In this document: positions 58,846-64,000 of the stretch, in pieces | Numbering within the stretch: the first letter of the stretch is position 1 | Layout of the letters: each line of letters starts with the position of its first letter | Source of the DNA: Eledone cirrhosa | Taxonomy: Eukaryota | Direction: 5' to 3' | Length of the DNA stretch: 64,000 nucleotides | Assembly (NCBI GenBank): GCA_964016885.1 | Contig: OZ024765.1 | Span: forward strand, 18,724,001-18,788,000 | Notes under the pieces: model-generated | The model's database searches: none | Told to the model about the DNA's origin: nothing | The model's input: only the letters and a program-made list of their open reading frames with translations | Position numbers and translations under genes: made by a program

Positions 58846-59057
58846 TTAAGTTTCGATCTTAGCTTGAACTTGATTGTGACTTGCTTGAGGTATGGGACTT
58901 ATTTGAGCCCTTGATGATTCCTTCTTAGCATCTTCTTCGTTAGAATCTATACTAAAGAGGAATTGGTGACAGACACATCCAAGGTAGATGGAAAATAAGA
59001 TTAGAAAGGCTGCCAGGTGAAATTCGCCCAGAATCAACAGCGGGAAAAACAGAGATG
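58846..59057 (-). CDS. Terminal coding exon of a membrane protein, otopetrin-like C-terminus
   Basis: Pyrimidine tract plus acceptor tttctatttttgcag (59058-59072), then a phase-1 exon SLFFPLLILGEFHLAAFLILFSIYLG...AKIET-stop. PLxIxxxFH recalls the otopetrin last helix PLxIFYRFH. Upstream exons were not found in the window. Confidence 0.55.
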
Positions 59058-59384
59058 CTGCAAAAATAGAAATAAATAGTTCATTTATATGTAAATGTGT
59101 ATATACTTACATACACACACATTCACACACATATATATATACATATATATATACACACACAAACACACACACACATATATGTATATATTTATGTGTGTTT
59201 GTTTGCGTATATGTAGATATATGAGGTAACATTTGTGTATATATACACGTCTATACACCGCTCATACACAAACGTGTATATATATATATATATATATATA
59301 TAGTTTAATAAAAGAGCAGAGAACAAAAAACAGAGAGGCAGTACAAATGATATTGTATTAGTTTCACGCTTGAGAGTGGGGGGT

Positions 59385-59425
59385 GGGGGACGACGTTTCG
59401 GGCATAAGCCCTTCATCAGGAGAAC
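59385..59425 (-). ncRNA. Minimal Penelope-type hammerhead motif
   Basis: CTGATGA-a-gggc(ttat)gccc-GAAA-cg-TC with a poor stem I. Lies at the 3' end of a probable pLTR-like region (59300-60125). Confidence 0.6.
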
Positions 59426-60134
59426 AGTGGGTAGGAAAAGAGCACCGAGGGTGTGTGGAGGAGTGGTGGAAAGACATTTAAAAAAAGGGGGGAAAGAGAA
59501 AAGGAAGAGAAAAACAATTTTTATAGAGAGTATAGGAGATTTTTTTAAAGTAAAAATAAAAATAAACAAGTGGTGAAAGGGTGTGAGGTGTGTAGGGGTG
59601 GTGGTGGGTATAGAGGGGAGACGGGGGCAGGGGGTTCGATTGGGGAGGGCTGAAGGTGGTGTGTGTGGCTGTGTGTATGTGAATGTGAGAGTTGGGGGAA
59701 GAACGAGGTTCCAAGTTCAGGTAAAAGGGAAACCGGTGTGTACATGGGCTGGGGTGCAAAACGGTGTGTGCCTGAGTGGATGGAGAGGGGTGGGGGACGG
59801 ATGTGTGGATTCCGGCGACTGAGTGCGTGTATGTGGGGATACGCACGTGTGTGTTTGTGTTTATATGTGGTGTGGATGTAGGTGGCGTGGTTCGAAAATA
59901 ATGTGTTTGTTCGTGTGTATGTTCCTAAGGTATTTTCATGGAGTGTGAGACAAGATGTTGGAGATTTCACGTGTCGTAGAATGGATAGCTGGAACGATGA
60001 CCGGTGGGGTGAAGTCTTGGCGTGGTAGTGCGGAAGTGGAGAGATGTGTGAGGTGCGCGCGCAACAGGAAGTGGTCAGAGGGTCAAGACAGGATGAAGAG
60101 ATAACAGTAGAGGAGGACAGGCAAAACACCTAGA

Positions 60135-60950
60135 TATGATAACAAGTGCAGACTCTGCAGAATTAATATCGAAGATGTCACCCATATCATCAGCAGCTGT
60201 CCAAAGATGTCATCGCAGTGAATCTAGCTATGAGGCATGATGTAGTGGCCAAAACACTGTACAATGCAGTTTGTAAAAAAGATAGCCCCGATAATAAACA
60301 CATTAAAAGCTACAGCAATGTGGAAGACATCCATGTACATAATATGAAAGAGTACTGGTGGAATGTTCCAGTAAAAACCCCAATAAAATGCAGGCATACA
60401 GACCAGATATAATGATATGGGACAGGGAAAAGAAAGCATACACAGTAGTGGAAGTTAGCTCCCCAGCAGATGCCAATATAATATCAAAAATTAGCGAAAA
60501 GGAGAATATCTATGCGGAACTGATGAGAAATCTGCAGATACTCCACCCTGATTACACCTTCAGATTTATGCCTGTGATTATTGGGCACTGGGGTATGTTA
60601 GTAACTGCCTCAATCCAAATCTGGAGAAGCTAGGCTTCACAGGAACAGAAAGAACACAACTAGTTAGGAAATTACAAGTACAATTCAGTAATGGAACAGT
60701 AAAAATATGTAAAACATTCCAAAAATGTTGCATCTAATAACTGCATATACAGATGCACACATACAACTCAAAACATCCACATCCACACATACAATAACAT
60801 CCATATTTACATACAGATGCAGACATGTAGACATTCATACATATCTACCGAGTTGATGTTGTGTAAATTCCAATGAGAGAGTCTTGTGTCTATGTTAGAA
60901 ACCGACTCTGTCTATTGGTAAAACTTTGTGAAATTATAAAACCAGAAGTA
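60135..60950 (+). mobile_element. Second R4/Dong-like RLE retrotransposon 3' end (frameshifted)
   Basis: DNKCRLC..IEDVTHIISSC, MRHD, KEYWWN, RPDIMIWD..VVEVSSP..KENIY. Ends in (TACA)n. Confidence 0.85.
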
Positions 60951-61034
60951 CATACATACATATATACATACATAACACACATGCACAAATACACACATAC
61001 ACATTTATAAGCATATATAAATACTCTATGAAAT

Positions 61035-61212
61035 AAATAATGTTATCTTATATAGGCACAAGGCCAGCAATTTTTTGGTGGAGGGGAAAGTCGATTAAAT
61101 CAACGCCAGTGTATTACTGGTACTTCATTTTATCACCCTCCGAATGATGAAAGGCAGAGCTGTCCTCAGCGGGATTTTCAACGCATAACGTAAAGGGCCG
61201 TATCTCTATGCC
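61035..61212 (-). mobile_element. Older OK-type SINE
   Basis: Diverged core and internal hairpin. Confidence 0.65.
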
Positions 61213-61366
61213 AAATATTACAAGAATTGCTGATATCTTTCTGCGAATATTTTTCTATATATTCTGAAGAATTTTCCAAGTTAATACTGCGTGAGTAAAT
61301 ACCCCTTACTTGGGTAAGGTTAACGGGACTCTTCTGTCACATATGACAATGAGATTTTTACATAGA

Positions 61367-62570
61367 GACCCCAGTGCATTACTGGTGCTTTATTTTGCTA
61401 TATTTTACCGGTCTCATAAGGATTAAGGGCAAAGTTAACCTCGAGGGTATTTGTAAGAATGTGTTAGTAAATACACTTACCTGCGATGACAAACCTTATG
61501 TTCAGTGCTCTACATCCTGTACCGATGTGGAGAAAATCTTTCCAGCCTTGTACCAGCTCCAAGAAGACCCCCAAAGCTAAATATGTGTTGCAACCAGTAC
61601 AGTCACCACTGCAACAAAGTTTGGTGCACCTAGGGACCCAGTGTATTACTGGTGCTTTATTTTACCCGCTCATAAGGATGAAGGGCAAAGGTAACCTCGG
61701 CGGGATTTGTAAGAATGTGTTAGTCAATACACTTACCTGCGATGACAAATCTTAGCTTCAGGGCTGTATGTCCTGTACCGACGTGGAGAAAATCTTTCCA
61801 GCCTTGTACCAGCTCCAAGAAGACCCCCCAAGCTAAATATTTGTTGCAACCAGTACAGTCACTACTGCAACGAAGTTTGGTGCACCTAGGGACCCCTGTG
61901 TATTACTGGTGCTTTATTTTACCCGCTCATAAGGATGAAGGGCAAAGGTAACCTCGGCGGGATTTGTAAGAATGTGTTAGTCAATACACTTACCTGCGAT
62001 GACAAACCTTAGCTTCAGGACTGTATGTCCTGTACCGACGTGGAGAAAATCTTTCCAGCCTTGTACCAGCTCCAAGAAGACCCCCAAAGCTAAATATGTG
62101 TTGCAACCAGTACAGTCACCACTGCAACAAAGTTTGGTGCACCTAGGGACCCAGTGTATTACTGGTTCTTTATTTTACCGGCTCATAAGGATGAAGGGCA
62201 AAGGTAACCTCGGCGGGATTTGTAAGAATGTGTTAGTCAATACACTTACCTGCGATGACAAACCTTAGCTTCAGGACTGTATGTCCTGTACCGACGTGGA
62301 GAAAATCTTTCCAGCCTTGTACCAGCTCCAAGAAGACCCCCAAAGCTAAATATGTGTTGCAACCAGTACAGTCACCACTGCAACAAAGTTTGGTGCACCT
62401 AGGGACCCAGTGTATTACTGGTGCTTTATTTTACCCGCTCATAAGGATGAAGGGCAAAGGTAACCTCGGCGGGATTTGTAAGAATGTGTTAGTCAATACA
62501 CTTACCTGCGATGACAAATCTTAGCTTCAGGGCTGTATGTCCTGTACCGACGTGAAAAAAATCTTCCCAG
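61367..62570. repeat. 256-bp tandem satellite (~4.7 units) containing a SINE core fragment
   Basis: gaccc(a)gtgtattactgg recurs near 61636, 61891, 62148 and 62404. Near-identical pseudo-ORFs repeat every 256-257 bp. Confidence 0.92.
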
Positions 62571-62759
62571 CAGTCTACACAGCACCAATAAGCCAACCAC
62601 GTTGGATAATTGCTGGAACCGGTAGAGTCACTACTCGAACCATGTTTCGTGCACTTGGATGTTCTCCAGGGTCGCACTTTAGACACTGTTATCATTATGT
62701 TTAGCAATATAATACCCATTATCATCAATACTATTGTTAATATTATACCTATCATTGTA

Positions 62760-62949
62760 CTTTCTGGTGGTAGTTGCTTTAGTGGTGGTGATGTTGTAGT
62801 AGTATTGGTGGTAGTATTGTTGGTGGTGGTGGGACTATTATTGTATAGTATATAGTAAAGCGGTGCTTGCTGTAGTGTTGGTGGTAACAGTATTAGTAGT
62901 TGAGGTGTGGTTGGTAGTATTACTGTTATATATAAAAGTGGTGTAGTAA

Positions 62950-62984
<35 letters not shown>

Positions 62985-63680
62985 TTGTATATTATATAGT
63001 AATGTGGTGGTAGTATTGGTGGTGGTATTATTGCTGTATAATATATAGTAAAGTAGTATTAGTGTTAGTGTTGGTGATGGCGGTATTGCTGTATAATAAA
63101 TAGTAAAGTGGTGTTGGTGGTAGTATTGGTGGTGGTGGTACTATTGTTCTATATACTATGTAATAAAGTGGTGTCGGTGGTAGTATAGGTAGTAGTGGAA
63201 TTATTGCTGTACATGATATAGCAAAGGGGTTGGTAGTAGTTGTTATAGTAGTGATTGGTAGGTAGTGATAATAGTATCATTTGTAGTAGTGGTGGTAGTA
63301 GTGTTGGTAATGTTGAAGGTACTCTTGGTGGTGGTGGTACTACTGTTGTGTATTATATATTAATAGTAGTAGTTGTAGTAGTAGTAGTAGTAGTAGTAGT
63401 CGTAGTGGTGATGGATGTAGTATTACTATTAGCAGCTGCAATAGCAGTAGTAGTAGTAGCAGTAGTAGTAGAGCAGTAGTAGTAGTATCATCAGTAGGAG
63501 TAATAGAAGCAGTAGGAGTAATAGAAGCAACAGTAGCAGCAGTAGTAGTAGTAGTAGTAGAGCAGTAGTAGCAGTAGCAGTAGTAGCAGCAGTAGGAGTA
63601 GTAGCAGCAGCAGTAGTAGTAGTAGTAGCAGTAGGAATTATTGTTGTGGTGTGTGTTGAGGTAGTGTGGTTGTAGTTTTA
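62760..63680. repeat. (AGT/GGT/AGC)n low-complexity tract
   Basis: Trinucleotide runs read directly. Confidence 0.85.
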
Positions 63681-64000
63681 GGTGACATAACAATTATTAC
63701 AGCGCCATATTAAATAAAAAGTTTGTTTAGATTCTGAGTTGCTATTGGGGCGTTTTCCTCCTTGCGGGCTCACCGGGTTGATACGATGTACCAGTCATAC
63801 TTTGGGGTCAGTGTAATCCATTACCTACTTTCTGTAAATTGCAGGTCCTGTGTCTGTGCTAGAAACAGTTATTTCAATAGAAAGCCTTTATCGACTGCTG
63901 CGTTAACTGCTTTGAGTATCATCGCTTGTAGCCTAAATGAAGTTTATAGTCAAGCAAGCGAGCGTCTAGAATATATATACATAGTATGTATCTATCTATC

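Overview
Repeat-saturated eukaryotic DNA, very probably from an octopod cephalopod, judging by the octopus-type tRNA-derived SINEs and long (TA)n tracts. Almost all ORF-track entries are microsatellite artefacts. The only credible host coding sequence is one terminal exon on the minus strand (59057-58846, otopetrin-like membrane protein). Between the microsatellites lie SINE clusters and SINE-derived satellites, RTE LINE fragments (one with a clear twin-priming 5' inversion), non-autonomous RTE derivatives with an HDV-ribozyme-like head, two R4/Dong-like RLE retrotransposon 3' ends in (TACA)n, and decayed hAT remnants. The main unexplained signal is about 15 type-I hammerhead ribozyme motifs with intact core boxes, plus several degenerate or half motifs, spread over more than 10 apparently unrelated short element families. 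These elements sit in (TA)n and are mostly fold-back palindromes. The fold-back point often coincides with a hammerhead hairpin, and both arms of a copy share copy-specific variants. One such element still carries a Penelope GIY-YIG C-terminus. All folds and translations were read by eye and coordinates may be off by a few bases.
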